32,000 nt of DNA from an uncultured Alphaproteobacteria bacterium (GTDB taxonomy: Bacteria > Pseudomonadota > Alphaproteobacteria > CAWJRW01), in the NCBI GenBank assembly GCA_963845385.1, contig CAWJRW010000006.1, positions 1,142,274 to 1,174,273 on the forward strand. Direction: 5' to 3'. Position 1 is the stretch's first letter, and every line of letters starts with the position of its first letter. Below are positions 1 through 10,436 of the stretch, piece by piece. The position numbers and the translations under genes are program-made. A model generated the notes under the pieces. That model did no database searches and was not told where the DNA came from. It worked only from the letters and a program-made list of their open reading frames with translations.

Positions 1-60
1 GGCGATCGGGACTCCAGGGCAGCATGCTCCGAGCGAATGGCCCTGGATCCCCGAGCGCGC

Positions 61-81
61 GCCCCGGATTAAATCCGGGGC
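61..81 (-). terminator. GC-rich stem-loop just downstream of the leuA stop (possible terminator, no U-tract)
   Basis: Perfect 9-bp inverted repeat gccccggat / atccggggc (61-69 pairs with 73-81) with a 3-nt loop. It lies 35 nt beyond the leuA stop codon (116-118) on the minus strand. No T/U run follows on either strand, so the function is tentative. Confidence 0.3.
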
Positions 82-115
82 GGCCTCGGGGATGACGTTC
101 AAATGTCGATAGGCC

Positions 116-1672
116 CTAGCGCGACGCCGTGAGCGCCTCGGGTGCCGTGCGCTCGCGCTTCACCATGAGGCGGTTGAGGGCGCTCAAGTAAGCGCGCGCG
201 GAGGCGACAAGCGTGTCGGGATCGGCGCCGCGGCCGGTGACGGTCTTGCCGCTCTCCTCGAGCCTCACCGAGACCTCGGCCTGAGCGTCGGTGCCTTGGG
301 TCACCGCATGCACCTGATAGAGCTGCAACGTCGCCTGATGGGGCACGAGCGTCTTGATGGCATTGAAGATCGCATCGACCGGGCCGTTGCCGGTCTGCTG
401 CACCGTCACATGGCGCCCGTCCATATCGAGGGTGAGCGCCGCCGATTGCGGCCCCATGGTGCCCGCGACGACCAGGAGCGAGACGAGCTTGATGCGGTCA
501 TGGGCCTGGGCGATCTCGTCGTCGACCAAGGCCTCGATGTCCTCGTCGTAGATCTGCTTTTTCTTGTCGGCGAGATCCTTGAAGCGCTTGAAGGCGTCCT
601 CGAGCTGGTTGTCGCCGAGCGCAAAGCCCAGCTCCTTCAGCTTCTCGCGGAAGGCGTGGCGGCCCGAATGCTTGCCCATGACGAGCGCCGTGTCCTTCAC
701 GCCCACGGTCTCGGGCGTCATGATCTCGTAGGTCTGGGTGTGCTTGAGCATGCCGTCCTGATGAATGCCGGCCTCGTGGGCGAAGGCGTTCTTGCCCACG
801 ATGGCCTTGTTCACCTGGACGTCGAAGCCGGTGACGTTCGAGACGAGCTTCGAGGCGCGCGAGATCAGCTCCGTGCGAATGCCCGTCCAATAGGGCATGG
901 CATCGCCGCGCACTTTCAGCGCCATGACGATCTCTTCGAGCGCCGCGTTGCCCGCGCGCTCGCCGATGCCGTTGACCGCGCATTCGACCTGGCGCGCGCC
1001 GGCGCGCACGCCCGCGAGCGAGTTGGCGACCGCCAGCCCGAGATCGTTGTGGCAATGGGTCGAGATCACCGCCTTGTCGATATTCGGCACGCGGTTCTTG
1101 AGCATCTGGATGAGCGCGAAATATTCCTCCGGCACGGCATAGCCCACGGTGTCGGGAATGTTGACCGTCGTGGCGCCCGCCTTGATCGCGGCCTCGATGC
1201 AGCGGCAGAGGAAATCGTGCTCCGTGCGCGTGGCGTCCTCGGGCGACCATTCGACGTCGTCGGTGAGGCGGCGCGCGTGCGACACGCTCGCGATCACCGC
1301 CTCGTAGACCCTCTCGGGCTCCATCTGGAGCTTCCACTTCATGTGGACGGGGCTGGTCGAGATGAAGGTGTGGATGCGCGGCCGCGCGGCGGGCTTCAAG
1401 GCTTCGCCCGCGCGGTCGATGTCCTTTTGCGAGGCGCGCGCGAGCCCGCAGACCACGGATTTCTTCACGACCTTGGAGATTTCGCGCACGGCCTCGAAGT
1501 CGCCGTTGGAGGCGATGGGAAAGCCCGCCTCGATGATGTCGACGCCCATCTCCTCGAGGAGCAGGGCCACCTTGAGCTTTTCCTCCAAGGTCATGGAGGC
1601 GCCGGGCGATTGCTCGCCGTCGCGCAAGGTGGTGTCGAAGATGCGAACCTGGTTGTCTCTGTTGGCCTTCAT
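116..1672 (-). CDS. leuA: 2-isopropylmalate synthase
   Basis: Minus-strand ORF 116..2074 trimmed to the ATG at 1670-1672 (MKANRDNQVRIFDTTLRDGEQSPG...). Residues upstream of this are Gly/Arg/Pro-rich and look non-coding. Motifs LRDGEQ, IHTFISTSPVHM and THCHNDLGLAVANSLAG are present, plus a C-terminal LeuA-type regulatory domain. Confidence 0.95.
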   Translation of the reverse strand: MKANRDNQVRIFDTTLRDGEQSPGASMTLEEKLKVALLLEEMGVDIIEAGFPIASNGDFEAVREISKVVKKSVVCGLARASQKDIDRAGEALKPAARPRIHTFISTSPVHMKWKLQMEPERVYEAVIASVSHARRLTDDVEWSPEDATRTEHDFLCRCIEAAIKAGATTVNIPDTVGYAVPEEYFALIQMLKNRVPNIDKAVISTHCHNDLGLAVANSLAGVRAGARQVECAVNGIGERAGNAALEEIVMALKVRGDAMPYWTGIRTELISRASKLVSNVTGFDVQVNKAIVGKNAFAHEAGIHQDGMLKHTQTYEIMTPETVGVKDTALVMGKHSGRHAFREKLKELGFALGDNQLEDAFKRFKDLADKKKQIYDEDIEALVDDEIAQAHDRIKLVSLLVVAGTMGPQSAALTLDMDGRHVTVQQTGNGPVDAIFNAIKTLVPHQATLQLYQVHAVTQGTDAQAEVSVRLEESGKTVTGRGADPDTLVASARAYLSALNRLMVKRERTAPEALTASR

Positions 1673-2031
1673 GGTCACGCGAATTGTCCTTCTTTCGGCT
1701 GTCTCTGGCTTTAAGCGGCGGTCATCCCCCGAATGCCCGCCTCTTTGCTCAGAGGTCAGCCGGCACCCAGGGGCGCTTAAGGAGAAGGACCGTGCCGAAG
1801 GAAAGGCCCGCCAAGAGCGCGCGAAAAAAGCTATGTCCGGGCAGCGGCTTGCGCCGCCTGGCTCACCTTTTCCTTGTCCTGCGCCCTGTCCATGGGGGAC
1901 CTCAAGCTGCCGATGCGCAAAGCTAGAGGGGCGTCCGTTAACGGCCCGTAAACCCTCTGCCTTGCGGCTACCCCTATGAGGTAGCGGATGACCCCCAATG
2001 GCGCAAGGGGCGGGGTCTCGAAGCGCAGCCC

Positions 2032-2507
2032 CTAGCCCTTCTCCCGCATGAGGCGCGCCTTGGTGCGGTCCCACTCGCGCTTGCGCTGCGTCTCGCGCTT
2101 GTCGTGGAGCTTCTTGCCGCGGGCGAGCGCGAGCTCGACCTTCGCGCGCCCCCTCGGCGTGAAATAGATTTCAGCGGGATGAGCGTCATGCCCTCGCGCT
2201 CGACCGCGCCCATGAGGCGCGAGATCTCGCGCGCGTGGAGAAGAAGCCGCCGCGGCCGGCGCGGCTCGTGCTGGGCGCGCACGGCGGCGTGGCTGTATTC
2301 GGGGATGTAGGCGTTGACGAGGAAGATCTCGCCCGCTTCCGGCGCCGCGTAGGCCTCGGCCGAGCTCGCCCTGCCCTCGCGCAGGGACTTCACCTCGGTG
2401 CCGGTGAGCGCGATCCCCGCTTCGAAAGTCTCGTCGATGAAGTAGTTGAAGCGCGCCTTACGGTTTTCGGCCGCGACGCGGGCCGCGCTGCCGGCTCTCT
2501 GCGTCAT
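2032..2507 (-). CDS. smpB: SsrA-binding protein SmpB (apparent 1-nt frameshift)
   Basis: [46 protein letters not shown]...[11 protein letters not shown] reads in the frame of ORF 1974..3227. After a 1-nt slip at the T3 run 2169-2171 the conserved C-terminus appears: [45 protein letters not shown], with the stop at 2032-2034. The span is 476 nt, which is not a multiple of 3. Confidence 0.9.
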
Positions 2508-2530
2508 GGTCCGCCGCCCGCATGGCGCCT

Positions 2531-3415
2531 CTAGTTCAACAGCCCGGCATGGCGCATGGCGTCGCGCACGCGCTCCTCGGCCATGGCGCTGGCGGGCACG
2601 AGCGGCAGGCGCAGCTCGTTCTTGACGTGGCCCAAGAAGGCTTGCGCCGAATTTCACGGGCGCGGGGCTCGCCTCGACGAACAGCGCATCGTGCAGCGGC
2701 ATGAGCTTGTCTTGAAGTGCCAACGCACGGTCGAATTTGCCCGCGAGACAGGCATGGTCTGGAACTCGGCGCAAAGCCGGGGCGCGATGTTCGACGTAAC
2801 CGAGATGCAGCCCTCGCCGCCATGGGCCATGAAGCCGAGCGCGGTCGCATCCTCGCCCGAGAGCTGGATGAAGTCCTTGCCGAGTATTGAGCGCTGCAGC
2901 GAGGCGCGGGCGAGATTGGCGGTTGCGTCCTTGATACCGACGATGTTCGCAAGCTCGGCCAGGCGCCGCAATGTGTCCACCGAGATGTCGACCACGCTGC
3001 GGCCTGGGATGTTGTATATGAAAATTGGAATGTCGGCGGCCTCCGCCACCGCTTTGAAGTGGCGGTATAGCCCCTCTTGCGTCGGCTTGTTGTAATAGGG
3101 CGTGACGACGAGGGCCGCGTCCGCGCCCACGCGCGCCGCGTGCTGGGTTAGCTCGATCGCTTCTGCGGTGGCGTTCGAGCCCGTGCCCGCGATCACCGGC
3201 ACCCGGCCTTTGGCCGTCTTCACGCACAGCTCGACGACGCGGCGGTGCTCTTCATGGGAGAGCGTCGGCGACTCCCCGTCGTGCCGCAGGGGACAAGGCC
3301 ATGGCTGCCCTCGCCGATCTGCCAGTCGACGAAGCCGGGCGAAGGCCTCTTCGTCCACCCGGCCGTTGCGGAAGGGCGTGATGAGCGCCGTAATCGAGCC
3401 TCTAAATCTCGACAT
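2531..3415 (-). CDS. dapA: 4-hydroxy-tetrahydrodipicolinate synthase (four apparent indels in two compensating pairs)
   Basis: [64 protein letters not shown] and VGIKDAT (Schiff-base Lys) lie in ORF 2654..3430. The conserved stretches [21 protein letters not shown] (about 3278-3336) and [41 protein letters not shown] (about 2637-2757) are readable only in other frames. The C-terminus [32 protein letters not shown] returns to the first frame, with the stop at 2531-2533. Confidence 0.9.
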
Positions 3416-3615
3416 CTTCAAGGGCCTCAAGGGGTTGCGGCCGTGCGGGCGCGCGCGCGAAGAGCTCGAACCTTAACGGGACGCCGCTGGCCGCTTCAAG
3501 CGGAACGCGAGCGTGCCGAAATGGCATGGCTATTTCGCGTCCTTCCTGCAGACTTTTAGGGCAATCTTGCCTAGAATGCCCGGTTAAATCGCTTGATTCG
3601 CGCGAAAGGCCGCGA

Positions 3616-6251
3616 ATGCCTCGAGCATTGCAAGTCACGCGGACGCCGAGGGGGATCGTCCGCGCCTTGGGCGCGGTCGTCATTGCTTTTAGCCCTCTTC
3701 GCCATGCGTCTCGACGCCGTCGCGGCCGAGCCCGCCGCTCCGTCGAGCGAGACCAAGGCTTTCGTTGCACGCGCCGCCGACGCCGCCAATCGCGGGCGCT
3801 GGAACGACGTCCACGCATTCGCGCTGAGCGCCAAGGACCCGCTCGCACGCGCGCTCATCACCTGGCTCTATCTCGCCGATGACGCGACCGAGCCTGCGTT
3901 CGGCGAAGCCACCCAGTTCCTCGCCGACCATCCAACTTGGCCGGACCGCGCAGAGGATCCTCCGCAAGGCGGAGAAAGCGCTGCCGCCAGCATGCCGCCC
4001 GACGAGGTCTTGGCTTTCTTCGGCACGCGCGCGCCTCTGACGGGCGAAGGCATGGTGCGCTTGGGTGAGGCGCTGCGCGCCCAGGGGAACAAAAGCGCGG
4101 GCGAGGCGCTCATCAAGAAGGGCTGGATCGAAGGCGACTTCACGCTCGCCCGCGAGCAGGAAATCAAGGCCGCCCACGGCAAGCTCTTGCGCGGGGCGCC
4201 CACGGCCGCACGCGTCGATCGCCTGTTGTGGGCGCGGCGCCTGAGCGACGCCCAGCGTGTCGTCGGCGATGTCGACGGCGAAGCGGGCCAGCTTGCGCAG
4301 GCGCGCATCACGATGATGACCGCGCCATCGCGCGCGGACGCCGTGATCTCGAGCCTGCCGAGCGCGCTGCGTATGGATTCGGGGCTTCTGTTCGAGCAAG
4401 TGCGCGCGGTGAACAGCTCCGGCGACACGCGGCGCGCATTGCCGCTCGCGCTCAAGGCCGATCCGTCCGTTGCGCCCAACAAATGGTGGAGCCAGCGCGA
4501 AGCGCTGGCCCGCGACGCGCTCGCCTTGGGCCTCTATAGCGAGGCCTATCAGGTGGCGAAGTCCCACGGTCTCTCAAGCGGCGCGGAGTTCGCCGACGCG
4601 GAGTGGCTTGCGGGTTTCATTGCGCTGCGTTTTCTCGATAAGCCCGACGTCGCGCTCGGGCATTTCCAAGCGCTTCTGCGCGGCGTCAATTACCCGGTGA
4701 GCAAGGCGCGCGCGGCTTATTGGTCCGGGCGCGCGGCGGAAGCGGCAAACAAGCTCGCGGACGCCGTGCTGATGTACGAGGCCGCGGCCGAATACGCGAC
4801 CACCTTCTACGGCCAGCTCGCGGCCGTTCGGCTCGCCGACCGCCAAGCCTCACTTGCGCTTCCCGTCGACACCCGCGCCGAACGGCGCCCTGCGCGCGGC
4901 GTTCCTCGCGGACGAGGTCGTGCGCGCCACCGCGCTCGCCGCCGCAAGCGGTTACGAGCCGATGTTCAAGCGCTTCTTCCTCTCTCTCGCCGAGCGCGCA
5001 CGGAGCCCCGAGGACTATGCGCTTGCCGGCGAATTCGCGCGCAATCTCGGCTACCCGCAATACGCCGTGCGCATCGCGAAGAAAGCGATGCAGCAGAACA
5101 TCGTGCTGACCGCGCTCGCCTATCCCGTGGTGAGCGTGCCCACGCAGCTCGCCCACGGCGTAACGCCCGAGCCCGCGCTCGTGCTCGGCATCACGCGCCA
5201 GGAAAGCGAATTCGACAGCAGGGCCGTGAGCAGCGCCGGCGCGCGCGGCATCATGCAGCTCCTGCCGTCTACGGCGAAGCTCGTGGCGCGCCAGCAGAGC
5301 ATCGGCTACGACGCGGGCAAGCTCTCGGATCCGGCTTACAACGCCAAGCTCGGCTCGGCTTATCTCGGCAGCCTCATCGACAACTTCGGCGGCTCCTATG
5401 CGCTTGCGATCGCGGCCTACAACGCAGGCCCAGGTCGGGTGCGCCAATGGATGTCCGAGAACGGCGACCCGCGCGATCCCAAGGTCGACGTCATCGACTG
5501 GGTGGAGCTCATTCCCTTTAGCGAGACACGCAATTACGTGCAGCGCGTGCTCGAGAATACGCAAGTCTATCGCGAGCGGCTGGCCGGCAAGCCGGTGCTC
5601 ATCCGGATCGCCGAGGATCTGAGCCGGCCCTCCTTGCCCCAGGCGGTCGCGGATCTGCGCAATTACCGGACCCTTGCCACGACGTCGTCAGCCGCGCCCA
5701 AATCCGCACCGATCACCACCGCCGCGCCCGCCGAAAGCGTGGCCATGGCCGAGCCTGTCGCCAGCCTGCCCACGACGCCCGAGGCCAAGCCCACACCGGC
5801 TAAGGCTGCTGCAGCAGCGTCTGAAAAGCAAAGCGCAACAACGCCGCAAGCGGCAGCACCGGTCGCCGTCCCCGATCAGAAAGCCGCATCGGCCGAAGCA
5901 AGCAGCGCCTTGCCCATCCCAATCGCGAAGCCTTCGGCAAAGGAACCGTCTCAGCCGAAACCGCCAGCCGTGACGCCCGCTGAAGCCGCGGCTCCCGCGC
6001 CGGCGGCAACATCAGCAAAAGAGGTTACGGCCGCCGACGCTGCGCCGCCGCCCAAGAAAAAGAAACGGCAAGAGCAGGCCAAGTCCGCCGAAACAACAGT
6101 TGCTGCCGCGCCCGATGCGGCCGCGCCGGAGACGAACCCCTTCAATGCCGGCCAGCCCGAGACCATGGCAGGCACCAGTGCGTGCATGCGTCTGTTGATG
6201 GCGAAGGACGGCAAGCTCCGTTGCACCCAGCAGTCGGCCTCGCTGCCGTAA
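3616..6251 (+). CDS. soluble lytic murein transglycosylase (Slt70-like) with a long Pro/Ala-rich C-terminal tail; apparent frameshifts
   Basis: N-terminal superhelical region lies in ORF 3593..5521 (WNDVHAFALSAKDPLARALITWLYL...). The SLT catalytic domain lies in ORF 4854..6251 (LGITRQESEFDSRAVSSAGARGIMQLLPSTA, AIAAYNAGPGRV, PFSETRNYVQRVLENTQVY). The two frames join near 4858-4875. ATG 3616 with an AAAGG Shine-Dalgarno gives a good signal peptide (MPRALQVTRTPRGIVRALGAVVIAF...) but needs one further shift near 3690. Otherwise TTG 3593 is the in-frame start. The stop is TAA 6249-6251. Confidence 0.85.
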
Positions 6252-6317
6252 TCCTTGCAGGACGCTGACTTTCTCCGTCTACGGATTGTCCAGACGCGCC
6301 GTGCGCCCGCGGCGTTT

Positions 6318-7275
6318 TCAATCCCATCCGCTCGGTGAGGCGTAGGGCACGCGCGGCATGGCCGCGGCGTCGATCCGGCTGATCTTTCCCTTCTTGACGC
6401 GAATGAGCTCCGTGACCGGCGCGCTGAAGGGCTGCTGCTCGCCCGGGCTATAGATCATCGTCTTGCCGTTGCTCAGCACGGTCGAGGTCAAGGTTCCCGG
6501 GATGTTGAAGCGGAAGTAGCCCATGACTAGGCCCCGCTCCTCGTCGACCGCCCAGATGCGCCGCGGCGTGACGGTGTTGTTCGTGACGAGACCGCGCGAG
6601 CTGATCTGATCCGCGCAGCCGAGCGCCCAAATGTCGAGATCGCCGGGCTTGACCGGGATATAGCCCGGATTGTGCGTCGTGGGCACGCCGTTCTCCGCAC
6701 GCTCGCAATCGGAGGCAAAGGGCGCCACGGCGCCATCGGCCCGCTCGACGGCGTCGAAATAGAGATCGGCGATGGCGACGAGCTCTTGCCGGCTCGAACG
6801 ATCCGCAGGGGCAAGAGATTTCGGCGAAGTCCGGCTTCGGCGCGACGAGCTTGTCCGCGGCGCTCAAGGTGCTGCGTCCGACGAGGGTCTCGATCTCCGT
6901 GATGCGATTTTTCACCACCTTGAGGCGAAGGCCCAGCATCACCGCCGTGTCGTGCTCCTTCGCCACGCCGATGAAACCGATCTGGCGGGCTTGCGGATCG
7001 GCGACGTAGATCTTGTAGCTGCCCACCGCCGTCGCCGTGCCCCAAAGCCCTTCGCCGAGCTTCAGGGCGACGCCGTTTTCGGTGAACTTGACGCGCTTGG
7101 CCGTGGGCAGAGCCGACGGATCACGTTTTGCGAGCGCTGCGAGATATTGATCGACGAAGCCGATGAGGCAGGCGCGGTCGCAGGGTTGAGCCGCGCGGGC
7201 GGGCGCCGCGGGCCCGCCGGCCAAGACGCACAGAAGCGCGCCGAGAAAACCCAGAGCCAACGGCTTTGTCGTCAT
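6318..7275 (-). CDS. secreted protein of unknown function (possibly NTF2/SnoaL-like halves); apparent 1-nt frameshift
   Basis: Signal peptide MTTKPLALGFLGALLCVLAGGPAAPARAAQP in ORF 6448..7275. This frame reads sensibly up to ...LVAPKPDFAE. It then continues in the frame of ORF 6318..6728 as KSLAPADRSSRQELVAIADLYFDAVERADGAVAPFASDCERAENG...ASPSGWD*. The shift is near the A3/T3 run at 6815-6825. The span is 958 nt (3n+1). I do not recognise the function. Confidence 0.65.
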
Positions 7276-7354
7276 GCCCCCTCCGCTTTGACTGCATTGG
7301 CCGAGAATGGCCGGGCCACGACCGGGTCGCGTGTGCGGCCTGAACGGGCCTGCC

Positions 7355-10300
7355 CTATTCGGCGGGCGCGCTTTGCAGTTGCGCGGGCTTGGCCTCGGGA
7401 AACTCGCGGTCGCGCTTGGCGATGTAGGTATAGAAGACCGGCACGACGAACAAGGTGAAGAGCGTGCCCACGGACATGCCCGAGAAGATCACGAGCCCGA
7501 TGGAGAAGCGCGCTTCCGCGCCCGCGCCGCTTGCGAGGAGAAGCGGCACGACGCCCACGACCATGGCCGCCGTGGTCATGAGGATCGGCCGCAAGCGCAC
7601 GCGCGCCGCCTCCTCGACCGCGGCGCGGATCGAATAGCCTTCGGCGCGCCGCTCGTTGGCGAATTCGACGATCAGAATGCCGTGCTTGGTGATGAGGCCG
7701 ACCAGCGTGATGAGCCCCACCTGCGTGTAGATGTTGAGCGTGGCGAGCCCGAGATTGAGAGGGACGAGCGCGCCGAAGATCGACAAGCGGAACCGCCATC
7801 ATGACGATGAGCGGGTCGCGGAAGCTCTCGAACTGCGCGGCAAGCACGAGATAAATGACAAGGACGGCAAGCCCGAAAGCAAGCGCCAGCGTGTTGCCCT
7901 CGCTGAGCGAAAGCCGCGCTTGGCCCATGAAATCGTCGAAGAAGCCGTCGGGCATCACTTGCGCGCCGGCCGCGCGCAGGCTTTCGATCGCCTGATCGAG
8001 CGTGACGCCGGGTGCGGGCGCGGCCGTGAGCGTCGCGGAATTGAGCTGATTGAACTGGTCGATCGTCCCGGGGCCCGCGAGAGTCTCGATCCGCGTCACG
8101 GCGGTGAGCGGCACCATCTTGCCGCTCATGCTGCGCACATAGTAGCCGCCCAAGCTTCCGGGGTTGAGCCGGTCGCGCGCGGGCGCCTGGGGAATGACGT
8201 CGTAGCTCCGGTTGTCACGGTCGAAGCGCGAGATGTAGTTCTCGCTCAAGAGCACATTCAGCGTGTTGCCGATATCGGCGACGGTCACGCCGAGGGCCGC
8301 CGCACGCGCGCGGTCGATGAGAATGCGTGCGCGCGGCAAATCGTAGCTCGCCGAATTCTGCACGAAGAAGAAGCGCCCGCTCGACATCGCCTTCATGCGC
8401 ACCTGCTCGGCGACTTCGTAAACCTCGGCCGGCGAGCGGACCGAGCGGATCACATACTGCACGCCGAAGCCGCCGGCGCCGGGAAGCGTGTTGAATGCGA
8501 AGACGGCCGTCTGCAGGCCAGCGACGTTCCCCGCCTTGCGCGCGATGTCCTGCATGACCTGGAATTGGGTCCGGCTCCGCTCGGACCAGGGCTTCAACAC
8601 CCAGCCCGAAATCGCGGCGTTCTCGCCGAAAAAGCCGGTGAACGCAAAGTGGGTCCTCGCCTCCGGCAGGTTTCCCACCGCGCGATCCAGTTGCTGCAGG
8701 TATGTCACCATGTAATCCGGCGTCGCATAGCGCGGCGCATAGCTGATCGCCGGGATGAAACCGATGTCCTCCGGCGGCGCAAGTTCCGAAGGAATGCGAC
8801 CGTAGAGGAAAACCGAAGTTGCGAGAATCAAGCCGAGCGCCGCGAGAACCGACCCGCGCATGCCGAGCACGATCGCGAGCGAGCGCGCATAATAGGCCGA
8901 CAGGCGGCTAAAGCTGCGATCGACGCGCGCCGCGAAACCCGCAGCTACGCTGCCGGGCTTTGCGCGCCGCAAGATGCGCGCCGACATCATGGGCGAGAGT
9001 GTCAGCGCGATGATGCCCGAGATGATGACCGCGCCTGCAAGCATGAAGGCGAACTCGCGAAAGAGCTTGCCCGTGAGCCCCTGGGTGAAGCCGATCGGCG
9101 CGTAGACGGCGGCGAGCGTGATGGTCATCGCGACGACGGGCCGGAAGAGCTCCCGCATCGCGTCGATGGCCGCTTGCGCGGCCTTCTTTCCCATCTCCAG
9201 GTGACGGTTGACGTTTTCGACCACCACGATGGCATCGTCGACGACGAGCCCGATGGCGAGCACCATGGCAAGCAGCGTGAGCAGATTGATCGAGTAGCCC
9301 AGCATGTAAAGCACGAACAAGGCGCCCACGAGCGAAAGCGGGATCGTCACCACGGGGATGAGCATGGAGCGCAGCGAGCCGAGGAAGACGAGGATCACCA
9401 GGACGACGATGATGACCGCTTCGCCGATCGTCTTGTAGACTTCGTCGATCGCCGACCGGATGGCATCGGCCTGATCGTAGAAAATTTCGGTTTCCATGCC
9501 CGGCGGCAGCTCGTGACGGATCGCCGGCAGCTCCGCGCGGACGGCGTCGGACAATGCGACCGCATTGGCGGAGGGCGTCGGTTGAATGACCATGGCCACG
9601 ACTTGCCGGTCGCCCGTTATCATACGCACATCATCGTTGGCGGCTCCGAGCTCGACATGCGCCACGTCGCGTAGCCGCACGACGTCGTCGCCCGAGCCGC
9701 GGATCGGCAGAGCGCCGAACGCATCAGGCGTCTTGAGAGTCGACTCCGCCTCGACCGAAAATGCCGTAAAGGCGTTCTCCGTCTTCCCGGGCGCCGAGAG
9801 AAAATTGGCGTTCCTGATGGCGGTTGCGACTTCGGCCGCCGTGACGTCGTGGGAGGCGAGCAGCACCGGATCGAGCCAGATGCGCATGGCGAAGTCTTGG
9901 CCGCCGATGATGGCGGCGTCCGCCACGCCCGGAACGGTCGCCATACGCGGCTGGATGACGCGCTTGATGTACTCCGTGATCTGAAGGTCGTTCATCCGGT
10001 CGCTGGTGAAGGAAAAAAACAAGAGGCCGTAAGCGCGGCCGGTTCCTTTGATGACGACCGGGTCGTAGGCGTCCTGCGGCAGATCGCGGCGCGCCTGCTG
10101 GGTCTTGGCGATCACCTCGGTGAGGGCGGTATCGGGATTGGTCCCGAGGCGCATCTGAACCGTGACCGTGCTCCGGCCCTGCACGCTCGAGGAAGTCACG
10201 TAATCCACGCCTTCGGCGCTCGCGGCGGCCTTGGCGATGGGTGTCCCGATGAAGCTTTGGACAAGCTCGGAGCTGGCGCCCGGATAGGCGGTCGTGATCG

Positions 10301-10436
10301 TGATGACCGTCTCGTCCACCTTCGGATATTGGCGGATCTCGAGATTGGTCGCCGATTGCGCGCCGAGCAGCAGGATGAGCAGGCTCAAGACCGTCGACAG
10401 CACCGGGCGGCGAATGAACACCGCGGCGAAATTCAC
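7355..10436 (-). CDS. RND (HAE1-type) efflux transporter permease subunit; apparent 1-nt frameshift near the C-terminus
   Basis: GTG start at 10434-10436 overlaps the adaptor gene stop (GTGA). N-terminus is MNFAAVFIRRPVLSTVLSLLILLLG, and typical AcrB-family TM and porter segments run throughout ORF 7272..10436 up to ...FESFRDPLIVMMAVPL. The conserved final TM bundle (SIFGALVPLNLGLATLNIYTQVGLITLVGLITKHGILIVEFANE...) is in ORF 7355..7786, with the shift near 7783-7790. The span is 3082 nt (3n+1). Confidence 0.92.

Noticed and set aside
296-1714. 472-aa plus-strand ORF antisense to leuA
   Set aside because: Its composition is Arg/Gly/Asp/His/Leu-rich with no recognisable motif. It lies entirely opposite a well-supported leuA. 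This is a typical shadow ORF of GC-rich DNA.
1673-2031. Possible tmRNA (ssrA) gene next to smpB, or a leucine-rich leader peptide for leuA
   Set aside because: I found no T-arm-like GGTTCGAAT (or its complement), no tag-peptide ORF ending in a hydrophobic AA-type tail, and no Leu-rich mini-ORF. Only generic hairpins are present.
1974-3227. 417-aa minus-strand ORF that looks like one large gene
   Set aside because: It is a chimera. Its C-terminal part is smpB (correct frame until the 2170 shift). Its N-terminal part is mostly out-of-frame dapA, except for the short ACLAGKFD...SLLG segment. It is not a real single gene.
3560-3580. TAGAAT -10-like hexamers upstream of slt (3572-3577) and upstream of gene 1 (16008-16013) as promoters
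   Set aside because: The corresponding -35 regions match TTGACA at only about 3 of 6 positions at 17-nt spacing. This is too weak to report as features without transcript data.
6293-6318. Rho-independent terminator after slt (GC stem followed by TTTT at 6315-6318)
   Set aside because: The stem needs a bulge and has only 4+2 paired positions. The T run overlaps the stop codon of the convergent gene. The support is insufficient.
7731-9674. 647-aa plus-strand ORF antisense to the RND pump
   Set aside because: It is extremely Arg/Asp/His/Gly-rich low-complexity sequence opposite a clearly conserved AcrB-family gene. It is a shadow ORF.
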